From Clostridia bacterium (GTDB lineage: Bacteria; Bacillota; Clostridia; Oscillospirales; Acutalibacteraceae): a stretch of DNA of 52,735 bases. The notes under the pieces are model-generated. The model did not search any database. It was not told the DNA's origin and saw only the letters and a program-made list of their open reading frames with translations. Shown in pieces: positions 8,297 to 17,957 of the stretch (positions are counted from its first letter, which is position 1; every line of letters begins with the position of its first letter). Position numbers and translations under genes: made by a program. The stretch covers positions 1 through 52,735 of the forward strand of contig CAAGRQ010000132.1 of NCBI GenBank assembly GCA_900772705.1, read 5' to 3'.

Positions 8297-9547
8297 TTAA
8301 TCTGCTCTGAGGGCTTCAATCGGGCTTAACTGAGCCGCTTTTCGTGCCGGATATACGCCGAATACTAAGCCAACGCCCGAGGAGAAGAGAAGTGCAAGAA
8401 GTATCAGCCAAATGCTTATCTTAGGCTGAATATCAATTATTGCACACGCACCGTACGCTCCCGCAAGCCCCAACGTGACACCGATGATACCGCCGATAAG
8501 GCAGAGTATAACCGACTCGGTCAGGAACTGCATAGTAATCACTCGTGTCTTTGCTCCGAGAGATTTACGAATACCTATCTCTCTCGTTCGCTCCGTTACG
8601 GAAACAAGCATAATATTCATAACGCCGATACCGCCAACAAGAAGAGAAATAGCACCTACACCTGCGATGAAGATAGTAAGAACCTTCATAATAATATCTA
8701 CGATTTCGATATATGTAGCCATATTCTGAGCAGTATACATACCGTTAGAATAGTTGCCGTGAGCGGCTTTCAGGTAGTTAACAGTTGCGTTGCCGACTGC
8801 GTCATAGTCCGCACCCTCTTTGGCAATTACAAAAACATTGGAGAGATTTGCACTTGCGCCTGTTATCTGAGTAAGGGTTGTGCATGGCATAAACAGAGCA
8901 ATAACAGGTTTATCAGAGCCGTTTTGGAACATCTGACCGATATTGCCTCCGCCGCCGAGTGAACTGGTAAGCGAATCAATATTAGCAACACCGCAAACCT
9001 TAATCTTCATCGACTTGCCCGATGAGGTAACGGTAATGCTCTCGCCTGTCGCATCCTCGTAGCCGAAAACATTCTTTGCCGACTCAATACCCATAACGGC
9101 ATACGGCGCATTAGCGGCATATTCCTCATCGGTAAAGAATCTTCCGTACTCGCAGGTATTGGTCATAGCGAACTGAACATCACTGTTTACACCGACCATC
9201 ATTACAGTAGCCTCGGTAGCGGTCTTATCGATAGTAGCGTTACCGAAACCCATAAGCATCGGTGAGCAACGCTCAACGCCGCTGACCTTAGTTTTAATAT
9301 TATCGACATCCTCGAGAGTGATGTAATCGCTGTCGGTTGCCTGTGTTGTATCGCAGGACACCAACACGGCATTGGAACCCATATCCTCAATAAGACCGAC
9401 AATATAGTCCCTTACGCCCGTACCTGCACCGACTATCATAATAACCGAAGTAATACCGATAATAATACCAAGCATAGTAAGCACAGAACGCATCCAATTT
9501 GCTTTTATACACTTTATAGCGATTTTTAAGCTTTCTGTTATATTCAC
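8297..9547 (-). CDS. MacB/FtsX-family ABC transporter permease
   Basis: RSVLTMLGIIIGI; SLLVGGIGVMNIMLVSVTERTREIGIRKSLGA; PARKAAQLSPIEALR. Confidence 0.93.
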   Translation of the reverse strand: MNITESLKIAIKCIKANWMRSVLTMLGIIIGITSVIMIVGAGTGVRDYIVGLIEDMGSNAVLVSCDTTQATDSDYITLEDVDNIKTKVSGVERCSPMLMGFGNATIDKTATEATVMMVGVNSDVQFAMTNTCEYGRFFTDEEYAANAPYAVMGIESAKNVFGYEDATGESITVTSSGKSMKIKVCGVANIDSLTSSLGGGGNIGQMFQNGSDKPVIALFMPCTTLTQITGASANLSNVFVIAKEGADYDAVGNATVNYLKAAHGNYSNGMYTAQNMATYIEIVDIIMKVLTIFIAGVGAISLLVGGIGVMNIMLVSVTERTREIGIRKSLGAKTRVITMQFLTESVILCLIGGIIGVTLGLAGAYGACAIIDIQPKISIWLILLALLFSSGVGLVFGVYPARKAAQLSPIEALRAD

Positions 9548-9559
9548 CTATATTACCTC

Positions 9560-11206
9560 TTATTTAACTTTATCAACTACCTTAACCTTAAAGGTGTCTT
9601 CCTTATAATCGGACTGAGGAGTAGCGACAATCTTCTGTCCCTGTGAAAGTCCCGATGTAATCTCATACGAGGTATCGGAGGTTGCACCGGTTTTGATAGC
9701 GGTCTTTGTAACCGTCTGTGTATCCTCATCATAAAGATATACATATGTGCCCTCTTTTTCCAGGACGATAGACTCGATAGGTACGCACGGAACATTGTCA
9801 TATGTACCGGTTACAATCTCAACGTCTGCATTAAATCCGATGATAATATTTTCATCCGGCTGGTCTACAACTACTTTGCATTCTACGCCTGCACCCTGAG
9901 ATGTGAGAGAAGAAAGTCCGCTGATACCTGCCATTGAGCCGACAGAATCAAGCATAGAACCGTCCGAGCCGCCCGTAGCAGTCGGAGCGATAGAAGCAAC
10001 CTCGCCGTCATATTTTCCGTATGCGGTGGTAACAGTCGCTTTCATACCAACCTTAACCTTATGAACATCATATTCGCCCAGAGAAATTGTAACAACTCTC
10101 TGTGACATATTTTCGAGTGTAACTGCAGTTTGGAGTGCAGTTGTCTGCGAACCCGAATTAATAGAGCAAGCGGTGATAACGCCGTCAAAATCTGCTGTCC
10201 AACCTGCATCAAGTTCCTTTTGAGCCTTAAGTACAGAATCGTAAGCTGACTTAGAAGTATTAACAAGCTGCTTTTGAGCATCAACGGTTGTGCCCTTAGC
10301 GAGTACGGAATAAACTTCCTTTTGAGCCTGAAGAGCGGAAAGTTGCACCTGTGCGGTTGCAAGCTTAACATCATTTGATGAAGCGATTTCCTTAACGATA
10401 GCGTTCCAATCAATCTCCTCGACTGCATCAACGATACCCTGCTTTACAGCTTCTGCAACCTTTTGTGCAAAAGCATCCTGGTCGAAATTTTCAATATGAT
10501 CGCCAAGCTTTGAAAGTTCCTCCACAAGAGCCTGAACAAGCTGGTTTGTCTTATCAATACTGCCGGTAAGGTCCTTGATGTTATCAATAAGTTCCTTGAG
10601 CTGTTTTTGAATATCGTCTGTGCCGCCGGTAATACCGCCGAGCGTACCGTCTGCATATGTAACAACACCCGAACTATAATCAACAGAATAGGTTTGTTCT
10701 TCGCCCTTTGAAGCAGAAGCGGTTGCGGCTTTTTTCTTATTATTCTCAGACGCCATGGAATCAATACTGCTTTCAAGAGAAGCAATCTGCGAATTAACCG
10801 AAGCAAGCTGAGCCTTTGCGTCATTTTGATTCTTAAGAGCGGTATTATAAGCAGTCTGTGCATCATTGTATGTCACTGCAAGATTACTTACCTGTGCATC
10901 AAGGTTAGATGTATCGAATGTTGCAATTCTGTCACCCTTTGATACGCTGTCGCCCACCTTTACAAAAACCTCTTTAACGGTTGCGATAGTGCCTGCGGAG
11001 TAATCTCTCTTAAGTCCCGAAGTTACCTCGCCCGTTGAACTGACAGTCTGCACGATAGTGTCAACGCCGATTGTATTAAGACTTACCTGCTGTTTATTCT
11101 TATTAGTAGAAATAACTACCGAAGCAACTACAATAGCGGCAACAAGAACAACGGCTATAACAGCCCATATGATTTTTTTCTTTTTACTTTTTTTTACCGT
11201 AGCCAT
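9560..11206 (-). CDS. MacA/HlyD-like membrane-fusion adaptor with long coiled coil
   Basis: N-terminal TM, lipoyl-like VKEVFVKVGDSVSKGD, ADFDGVI, C-terminal EITSGLSQGQKIV. Confidence 0.85.
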   Translation of the reverse strand: MATVKKSKKKKIIWAVIAVVLVAAIVVASVVISTNKNKQQVSLNTIGVDTIVQTVSSTGEVTSGLKRDYSAGTIATVKEVFVKVGDSVSKGDRIATFDTSNLDAQVSNLAVTYNDAQTAYNTALKNQNDAKAQLASVNSQIASLESSIDSMASENNKKKAATASASKGEEQTYSVDYSSGVVTYADGTLGGITGGTDDIQKQLKELIDNIKDLTGSIDKTNQLVQALVEELSKLGDHIENFDQDAFAQKVAEAVKQGIVDAVEEIDWNAIVKEIASSNDVKLATAQVQLSALQAQKEVYSVLAKGTTVDAQKQLVNTSKSAYDSVLKAQKELDAGWTADFDGVITACSINSGSQTTALQTAVTLENMSQRVVTISLGEYDVHKVKVGMKATVTTAYGKYDGEVASIAPTATGGSDGSMLDSVGSMAGISGLSSLTSQGAGVECKVVVDQPDENIIIGFNADVEIVTGTYDNVPCVPIESIVLEKEGTYVYLYDEDTQTVTKTAIKTGATSDTSYEITSGLSQGQKIVATPQSDYKEDTFKVKVVDKVK

Positions 11207-11243
11207 AGTTTAATCCCCTACTCTACAAAATTAATACAGGATT

Positions 11244-11272
11244 AGTATAATCACTTTTTGTATAATTGTCAA
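11244..11272 (-). promoter_or_regulatory. Sigma-A promoter of the adaptor-permease pair
   Basis: Minus strand TTGACA, 17 bp, TATACT. Confidence 0.7.
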
Positions 11273-11292
11273 TAACTTTTTGTATTATTCAG

Positions 11293-12570
11293 TCATTTTA
11301 ATGCGTTAAGTGCCTTTTGACCGATGTCTTTCCTGTAATGTGCACCGTCAAATTTAATCTTCTCTACGCCGGCATATGATTTTGCCAGTGCATCCTGCAA
11401 TGACTCACCGAGAGCGGTAACTCCCAGCACCCTGCCGCCGGAAGTAACGAGTTTGTCGCCGTCACGCTTTGTGCCTGCGTGATAAATGGTTACTCCGTCT
11501 AACTGACCGTCGGTAAGTCCGTTAATTTCTATTCCCTTAGGATAAGATTTAGGATAGCCGCCCGACGCCATAATTACGCAGGTGCACGCTCTGTCGTCCC
11601 ATTCAATATCCAAATCGGAAAGAGTTTCGTTATTAATCGCATCAAAAATATCCATTATATCGGTTTTAAGTCTGGGAAGAACCACCTGAGTCTCGGGGTC
11701 TCCGAAGCGGCAGTTATATTCGATAACCTTTGGTCCCTTTTGAGTAAGCATAAGACCGAAGTAAAGACAGCCCTTAAAAGTTCTGCCCTCCTTATTCATA
11801 GCCTCGATCGTCGGGAGGAAAATTGTATTCATACATTCCTCGGCGATTTCGTCGGTATAATAAGGATTGGGAGAAACGGTGCCCATACCGCCGGTATTAA
11901 GACCCTTATCTCCGTCGAGTGCACGCTTATGGTCCATTGAAGTAACCATAGGCTTTACGCATTTTCCGTCTGTAAAAGCGAGAACGGAGACCTCGGGTCC
12001 GGTAAGAAATTCCTCGACAACAACATTGTTACCCGAGTCACCGAAAATCTTATCTTCCATAATTTCCTTAACGCCTGCGACAGCCTCATCAAGCGTTTCG
12101 GGAATTATTACGCCCTTGCCGAGAGCCAAGCCGTCAGCCTTAATGACGGTAGGAAATTCATTCTCCGCCTTGATGTAATCAATAACATCTTCCGCTTTAT
12201 CAAATACATTATATTTAGCGGTCGGAATATTGTATTTTTTCATAAGTTCCTTAGAGAACACCTTAGAGCCCTCAATGATTGCGGCGTTTGCCCTGGGTCC
12301 GAATGTGGCGAAACCCTCTGCGTTGAGTGCGTCAACCATACCCATAACAAGCGGGTCATCGGGAGCGACAACAACAAAATCGGCTTTTATCTCCTTTGCC
12401 AATTTTACCACGCCGTCAATATCGGTGGCTGAAACATCAAAGCATTCTGCATCATATGATATGCCGCCGTTACCGGGACAGCAGGCTATATAATCAACCC
12501 TCTTTGATTCCTTAATTTTTTTGACAAGAGCGTGCTCTCTGCCGCCCGAGCCGACTACCAAAACTCTCAT
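11293..12570 (-). CDS. purD: Phosphoribosylamine-glycine ligase
   Basis: GSGGREHAL, KADGLALGKGV, NTGGMG, EYNCRFGDPETQ. Confidence 0.97.
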   Translation of the reverse strand: MRVLVVGSGGREHALVKKIKESKRVDYIACCPGNGGISYDAECFDVSATDIDGVVKLAKEIKADFVVVAPDDPLVMGMVDALNAEGFATFGPRANAAIIEGSKVFSKELMKKYNIPTAKYNVFDKAEDVIDYIKAENEFPTVIKADGLALGKGVIIPETLDEAVAGVKEIMEDKIFGDSGNNVVVEEFLTGPEVSVLAFTDGKCVKPMVTSMDHKRALDGDKGLNTGGMGTVSPNPYYTDEIAEECMNTIFLPTIEAMNKEGRTFKGCLYFGLMLTQKGPKVIEYNCRFGDPETQVVLPRLKTDIMDIFDAINNETLSDLDIEWDDRACTCVIMASGGYPKSYPKGIEINGLTDGQLDGVTIYHAGTKRDGDKLVTSGGRVLGVTALGESLQDALAKSYAGVEKIKFDGAHYRKDIGQKALNALK

Positions 12571-12584
12571 CTGCTCTCCTCCGT

Positions 12585-13289
12585 TTACTTATTCTTATTA
12601 ACGATTCGTGTTTCCTCATCGCCTGTGTCAAGGTCAATATAGCGAGTGAAAAGCGAAACCTTATTGTCTTCGTTAAGATTGCTCCAGAGCATATCTGTAA
12701 ATTCGTCAATGCTCTCGTTGCCTAATTTAATCGGTGCAGGCTCACCTTCAAAGGACGGAATCGGATTTCCGTCACACTTATATGTATGGATAAAATGTCC
12801 GAGTCCGGGTTCTGCCGGATAATCAAAGAAAAATCTTAGACATTCGGGAACCCCGTTATTAGATTTAAGAATAGACAGTGTGTAATCGCCGTTTGCCCTT
12901 ACAACGCCGGAAATTCTCGGAGTGTAATTAGGTTCGTCCGGCTCAAATTCACGGGTAAAAAGTGCATCGCAGAATGACTTGCCCTGAGCATAAAAATCAT
13001 AAACCGTATCGGTTTGGTCACCGTTTGTTACAATCGTCTTATCCTCAAATTTAAGCACCGGATTATAAATAATAAGGCTCGGATCTTCCATCTTGCTCTC
13101 GTCAAAAGCCTTTGTGCGAATGCCGCCTCTGTCGTTTTCTTCAAAAATTCTGTTTCTCGAATTAACGCTTCTGCCCATTATAAAGTAAGCGATGACCGCT
13201 CTTTTTCCGTCTGCCGACTTTCCGAGAACAATACCTCTGCCGGGATATGAATTTGTATTAAGTTCTGCTGCAAGTGATTCGATTTTCAT
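12585..13289 (-). CDS. purO: IMP cyclohydrolase-like protein (PurO type)
   Basis: YPGRGI, YFIMGRS.NSRNR, IVTNGDQTD, EPDEPNYTPRISG; inside pur cluster; start at ATG 13289 after GAGGT. Confidence 0.8.
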   Translation of the reverse strand: MKIESLAAELNTNSYPGRGIVLGKSADGKRAVIAYFIMGRSVNSRNRIFEENDRGGIRTKAFDESKMEDPSLIIYNPVLKFEDKTIVTNGDQTDTVYDFYAQGKSFCDALFTREFEPDEPNYTPRISGVVRANGDYTLSILKSNNGVPECLRFFFDYPAEPGLGHFIHTYKCDGNPIPSFEGEPAPIKLGNESIDEFTDMLWSNLNEDNKVSLFTRYIDLDTGDEETRIVNKNK

Positions 13290-13297
13290 ACTGCACC

Positions 13298-13921
13298 TCA
13301 TATAATTTCTGTTTTATTGCCGTTTATTTTAATTCTGCCCTCGCAGAAAAGAGAAACCGCTTTTGGCAAAATTTCCCACTCTGCCTGACGCATAACACGA
13401 TACTGTAAAATATCCTCGTTGTCTCCCTGTTCAATCGGAACAGCCTTTTGGAGTATGATTGCACCGCCGTCTGTAATCTCGTTTACAAAATGCACGGTAG
13501 CACCCGTAACTTTCATTCCGCTGTTAAGCACTGCCGTATGTACCTTTTTTCCGTAAAAGCCGTCGCCGCAAAAAAGAGGGATAAGGCTGGGGTGAACATT
13601 GATAATTCTGTTGTTGTATTTTGATACAAGATCCTCGCCGAGAATGGAAAGAAATCCTGCAAGAACTATCAAATCTATGTCCCTGCCGTCAAGAGTTTTA
13701 AGCACCGCCTTATCGTAATCCGCTTTGCTTTCATACTGTTTTCTGTTTACTACAGCCGTATCTATGCCCGCTTTTTTAGCACGCTCGAGTGCGTAAGCGT
13801 TTTCGTTAGAGGCAAGAACGAAGTTGATTTTTCCGTTTTTTATCTCTCCTCTGTCCTGTGCGTCGATAAGGGCTTGCAGATTAGTTCCGCCGCCCGAAAC
13901 AAATACTGCTATGTTCAGCAT
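13298..13921 (-). CDS. purN: Phosphoribosylglycinamide formyltransferase
   Basis: [36 protein letters not shown]. Confidence 0.96.
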   Translation of the reverse strand: MLNIAVFVSGGGTNLQALIDAQDRGEIKNGKINFVLASNENAYALERAKKAGIDTAVVNRKQYESKADYDKAVLKTLDGRDIDLIVLAGFLSILGEDLVSKYNNRIINVHPSLIPLFCGDGFYGKKVHTAVLNSGMKVTGATVHFVNEITDGGAIILQKAVPIEQGDNEDILQYRVMRQAEWEILPKAVSLFCEGRIKINGNKTEII

Positions 13922-14952
13922 ATTTCTACTCCCTTTTGTCCGTTCTTAATCTCGCCGATTACAGCAGCCTGCTCACCGTTTGCATTAAGAATTCTTACCG
14001 CCTCGTCAGCCTTGTCGCTGTCAACGCAGAGCATAAGACCCGTACCCATATTAAAGGTATTATACATATCTCTTTCAGGGATATTGCCTGTCTTTTGAAT
14101 CAAGTCGAAAATGGGGAGCTTAAAGCACTTATCCTTTTCGATTACCGCAAGGGTATTATCATTAAGCATTCTCGGAACGTTCTCATAAAATCCGCCGCCC
14201 GTGATATGAGAAATAGCATTTACTCTGATTTCGTCCATAAGAGCAAGAAGAGGCTTAACATAAATTCTGGTAGGAGTCAAAAGAGTCTCGCCGAGTTTTG
14301 CTCCGAGTTCGTCATAATAAACATCAATGGTCTTTTCGTTAATATCGAAAACCTTACGAACAAGAGAGAAGCCGTTTGAATGAACACCCGAGGAAGCAAC
14401 GCCGATAATAGCGTCTCCTGCTTTAAGATGTTCGCCCGACACAAGTTTATCCTTTTCGCCGATTCCTACGGTAAAGCCCGCAAGGTCATATTCCTCATTC
14501 GGCATCATACCGGGGTGCTCTGCGGTTTCGCCGCCTACAAGCGCACAGCCCGACATAACGCAACCGTCGGCAACGCCCTTAACTATCTGCTCAATCTTTT
14601 CGGGATAATTCTTTCCGCAAGCGATATAGTCGAGGAAGAAAAGCGGCTTTGCGCCCGAACACGCAACATCGTTTACGCACATTGCCACGCAGTCGATACC
14701 GATTGTATCGTGCTTATCCATAAGAAACGCAAGTTTAATCTTTGTTCCCACGCCGTCTGTGCCCGATACGAGAACCGGATTTTTATACTGTGCCGACGCA
14801 AGTTCAAACATTCCGCCGAAGCCTCCGATACCGCCGATAACTCCCGGGATATTCGTACGCTTAACATGAGATTTGATAAGTTCTACCGACTCATATCCTG
14901 CCGTTACATCCACACCTGCTGCTGCATAGCTGTCGCTGAAACTCTTTTCCAT
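13915..14952 (-). CDS. purM: AIR synthase
   Basis: [40 protein letters not shown]. Confidence 0.97.
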   Translation of the reverse strand: MEKSFSDSYAAAGVDVTAGYESVELIKSHVKRTNIPGVIGGIGGFGGMFELASAQYKNPVLVSGTDGVGTKIKLAFLMDKHDTIGIDCVAMCVNDVACSGAKPLFFLDYIACGKNYPEKIEQIVKGVADGCVMSGCALVGGETAEHPGMMPNEEYDLAGFTVGIGEKDKLVSGEHLKAGDAIIGVASSGVHSNGFSLVRKVFDINEKTIDVYYDELGAKLGETLLTPTRIYVKPLLALMDEIRVNAISHITGGGFYENVPRMLNDNTLAVIEKDKCFKLPIFDLIQKTGNIPERDMYNTFNMGTGLMLCVDSDKADEAVRILNANGEQAAVIGEIKNGQKGVEIC

Positions 14953-15005
14953 AAATAACTCCTTTAATTTGTATACTTAAAATTCGTACAGATAAATTAC
15001 AATTT

Positions 15006-15503
15006 TCAGATTTCTTTAAGTTTTTCCTGCAAAGCCTTGTCCTTTTCTCTGACCTGCTGTGCCATATCCTTACGCATGGCGATAAGTTTATTCATAAGTT
15101 CATCATCGCCTACCGACAAAATCTCTGCGGCAAGGAGAGCGGCATTCTTAGCCGCATTTACGCCGACTGTGGCAACCGGAATTCCCGGAGGCATCATAAC
15201 GGTTGCAAGCATAGCGTCCATACCGTCAAGTACCTTAGCCGAACATGGGATACCGATAACGGGAAGCGTGGTTGAAGCGGCAAGCACACCGCCCAAATGA
15301 GCAGCCATACCTGCTGCGGCAATAATAACGCCGAAGCCGTTATCTATCGCATTCTTTGAAAACTCATGAGCCTCCTCGGGAGTACGGTGGGCAGACATAA
15401 CCCTTACCTCTGTCTCAATGCCGAGTTCTCTGAGTTGTTTAATTGCCGGTGTAACAACGGGCAAATCGCTGTCCGAGCCCATAATAATTGCAACCTTTTT
15501 CAT
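15006..15503 (-). CDS. purE: N5-CAIR mutase / AIR carboxylase
   Basis: IMGSDSDL, SAHRTP, AGMAAHL, MPPGIPVATV; start at ATG 15503 after GGGGTGA. Confidence 0.96.
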   Translation of the reverse strand: MKKVAIIMGSDSDLPVVTPAIKQLRELGIETEVRVMSAHRTPEEAHEFSKNAIDNGFGVIIAAAGMAAHLGGVLAASTTLPVIGIPCSAKVLDGMDAMLATVMMPPGIPVATVGVNAAKNAALLAAEILSVGDDELMNKLIAMRKDMAQQVREKDKALQEKLKEI

Positions 15504-15545
15504 AAACATATCACCCCTGAAATCAATGTTAAAATTAATGTTAAT

Positions 15546-15575
15546 ATTATACTTTATTTTATATACTATTTCAAG
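15546..15575 (-). promoter_or_regulatory. Putative sigma-A promoter of the pur cluster
   Basis: Minus strand TTGAAA, 18 bp, TATAAT. Confidence 0.55.
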
Positions 15576-15603
15576 CAAAATAATATAAATATTAAACCAA
15601 AAC

Positions 15604-15639
15604 AAGGCACAGACGGCATTTTATACCTGTCTGTACCTT
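15604..15639 (-). terminator. Putative terminator after the LRR protein gene
   Basis: Minus strand AAGGTACAGAC...GTCTGTGCCTT followed by GTTTT. Confidence 0.6.
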
Positions 15640-17540
15640 TAACTTCTTCTCCTGAGCAAATAATTATTGCCGAACTGCCAATAATCGTCCCCGAGAGTAT
15701 CTCTTTTTTCGTAGTAATAAATCAAATAATCCTTTGCGTTTACAACGCCGTCAGCGTTCATATCATAAGGTTTAAGCGCAATATTTCCGTAATCATAACT
15801 GCCTTTTTCGTCAACGCTCAGATAAAGCCGTGCGTCCTCTCCGTATTCATTATGAACCGTTGCATAACAATCATCGTAAGTACGAACACACCATGTGCCG
15901 TCGGCGTTTACATTATATCTTCTGCCGTCAAGCGTAATATAGGCTTGAGAATACGCAACATTATTTTCGTGCGTGCCGTAACTGTCCTCGTCCATAACGA
16001 ATCTGCCCGTAACCTTATAGGAAGTTGTTTCGACAAAATCAGCCTTATAACTGTCGTCGCAATTAACACAGGTATAAAGGGTATAGCCGTCGTTATCGAC
16101 AGTAGGATTAATAACCTCTCCCACATAACTGTGCTTTACCGTAAACGGATAAGAAGCATTACAGCCCTTTAGCGAAAGATGTGCCTCATTTTCTCCGCAG
16201 GAGAATGGCTTTTCGCTCTGGTCATCGGCATTTTTTACATAATCGCCGGCAATGTATCTGCTGTAATAAATTTCCTCTTTTTGTCCGTCTGCAAAGGACA
16301 CGGTGAGAATGAAACCGCCGAGCATAGAATGGGTAACAGCAAAAACACGCTTGTCGCCGTCCTGTTTTGAATCGGCGGCGGAAACGGTGAGCGAGCCTTT
16401 GTAAACCGACAGAGCCGAAATTTCACTCGGATAAACAAATATGCTGTAATCACCGGTCATCTTAACGGACGAGACATAAATATCGTACTTTTTGCCCTTT
16501 TGCATAATCTCGTCAAAACAAAAACCCGAATTGGATTTATCAATATCGTCACTCTCGGCAATCAGTTTTCCGTCAAGGTAAAGCTGAGCTTTGAGGTCGC
16601 ACTCACCCGAGGAATAAATGCTGTAACGTTGATTCGTTTCAGGCGTAAAAGTATAATGCAACTTATCATTAATTATATCGGAAGTAATCGTATTGGGGTT
16701 TTCCACGCATTCGTTAAGATCAAAACTTAGCAAAAGCGAATATAAAATTCCATTATTCTTTGCGTAATAATACGGCTGGGATTCGGAATAAACCTTAAGC
16801 GAAAAGCCGTCAATTACCTTATTTGAAATATTATAACCGAATGACATAACATCACAGGAAGCATTGCTCGGAAGGGTTACATTAAGCAAAGAAGTGCAAC
16901 CGTAAAACGCTTTTGAGCCGACTGCCGTTTTTTGGGTAGGCGAAGCAAACTTTGCACTGCTAAGCGAAGTGCATCTGTAAAAAGCGTTACTGCCCACCTT
17001 TTTCACAGATGACGGAATGACAATGTTCTCAAGAGAAGTGCACGAAGCAAAAGCCCTGTCGCCGATCGTCTTAACCGATTTCGGCAAAGTAATGCTTTTC
17101 ATTTTGACGCAGTTATTAAATGCGTTAGAATCTATAATCTCTATCCCGAACGGCAAATTCCACTCGGTCATACCGTTGGTGAGCGAAAGAGAATATGTGC
17201 CTATTCTCTTTAGTGTAGTCGGAAGAACAAACTCCTTTGCCTGAACGCCGTAAAACACATAGTCTCCAAGAGAGGTAATTCCCTCTGAAACAACCACCCT
17301 CTGAATTTTGCCGCTTTCCCATTCAAGCCAGGGAATGCTCGCCGTACTGTTAGAGAGATTCGGAATATCTCCGCTTCCGTTTATATAAAGAGTTTTATCG
17401 GCGGCGTCATAGTAATAATATGTAGTGCTGTTTTTTATCTGCGTGCCCTTATACTCCTGAGCCGAAGCGACAAAGGGAACACAAAAAGCGGTCGCAACGA
17501 AAAAACCGAGCGACAAAACAACGCACAAAAGCCTTTTCAT
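15639..17540 (-). CDS. Secreted BspA-type leucine-rich repeat protein with C-terminal dockerin-like motif
   Basis: AAGGAGG RBS, signal peptide ending ASA, repeats such as LPKSVKTIGDRAFASCTSL, HSY..PT..GYT.YTC..C.DSY module, DMNADGVVNAKDY. Confidence 0.85.
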   Translation of the reverse strand: MKRLLCVVLSLGFFVATAFCVPFVASAQEYKGTQIKNSTTYYYYDAADKTLYINGSGDIPNLSNSTASIPWLEWESGKIQRVVVSEGITSLGDYVFYGVQAKEFVLPTTLKRIGTYSLSLTNGMTEWNLPFGIEIIDSNAFNNCVKMKSITLPKSVKTIGDRAFASCTSLENIVIPSSVKKVGSNAFYRCTSLSSAKFASPTQKTAVGSKAFYGCTSLLNVTLPSNASCDVMSFGYNISNKVIDGFSLKVYSESQPYYYAKNNGILYSLLLSFDLNECVENPNTITSDIINDKLHYTFTPETNQRYSIYSSGECDLKAQLYLDGKLIAESDDIDKSNSGFCFDEIMQKGKKYDIYVSSVKMTGDYSIFVYPSEISALSVYKGSLTVSAADSKQDGDKRVFAVTHSMLGGFILTVSFADGQKEEIYYSRYIAGDYVKNADDQSEKPFSCGENEAHLSLKGCNASYPFTVKHSYVGEVINPTVDNDGYTLYTCVNCDDSYKADFVETTSYKVTGRFVMDEDSYGTHENNVAYSQAYITLDGRRYNVNADGTWCVRTYDDCYATVHNEYGEDARLYLSVDEKGSYDYGNIALKPYDMNADGVVNAKDYLIYYYEKRDTLGDDYWQFGNNYLLRRRS

Positions 17541-17562
17541 TACAACCGCCTCCTTATTTTTA

Positions 17563-17931
17563 TCAATCGTTTTCTTCAATATGCTCCAGACCCATAGCAA
17601 TAATGGTGCGTACATGGTCATCGGAGAGAGAATAGAAAACGGACTTTCCCTCTCGCCTGCTCTTTACAAGTTTATTTGCCTTGAGTATTCTGAGTTGGTG
17701 CGATATGGCAGACTGCGTCATATTAAGCGCATTTGCAAGGTCGCACACACAAACCTCCGCCTCAAAAAGAACGAACAAAATTCTTATTCTCGTTGAGTCG
17801 CCGAACACCTTAAACAGTTCCGACAAATCGTATAATTCTGTCTCGGCAGGCATTTTTTCATTAACGATTTTCAGCAGATTTTCATGGATGCAATTATCCT
17901 CACAGCAATCTGCCGTCTTATTTTCCGACAT
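17563..17931 (-). CDS. ArsR/SmtB-family metal-sensing repressor
   Basis: FKVFGDSTRIRIL, EVCVCDLA, SAISHQLRIL, alpha5 site DDHV..EHIEE, N-terminal CCEDNCIH. Confidence 0.93.
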   Translation of the reverse strand: MSENKTADCCEDNCIHENLLKIVNEKMPAETELYDLSELFKVFGDSTRIRILFVLFEAEVCVCDLANALNMTQSAISHQLRILKANKLVKSRREGKSVFYSLSDDHVRTIIAMGLEHIEEND

Positions 17932-17957
17932 ATATATTCCCCCTATACAAAGCCTTT

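Noticed and set aside
15504..15638. Purine or ZTP riboswitch upstream of purE
   Set aside because: The predicted leader is only about 35 nt and AT-rich, with no aptamer consensus.
15366..16172. 268-aa plus-strand ORF
   Set aside because: Antisense to purE and the LRR gene and crosses a promoter and terminator; no motifs.
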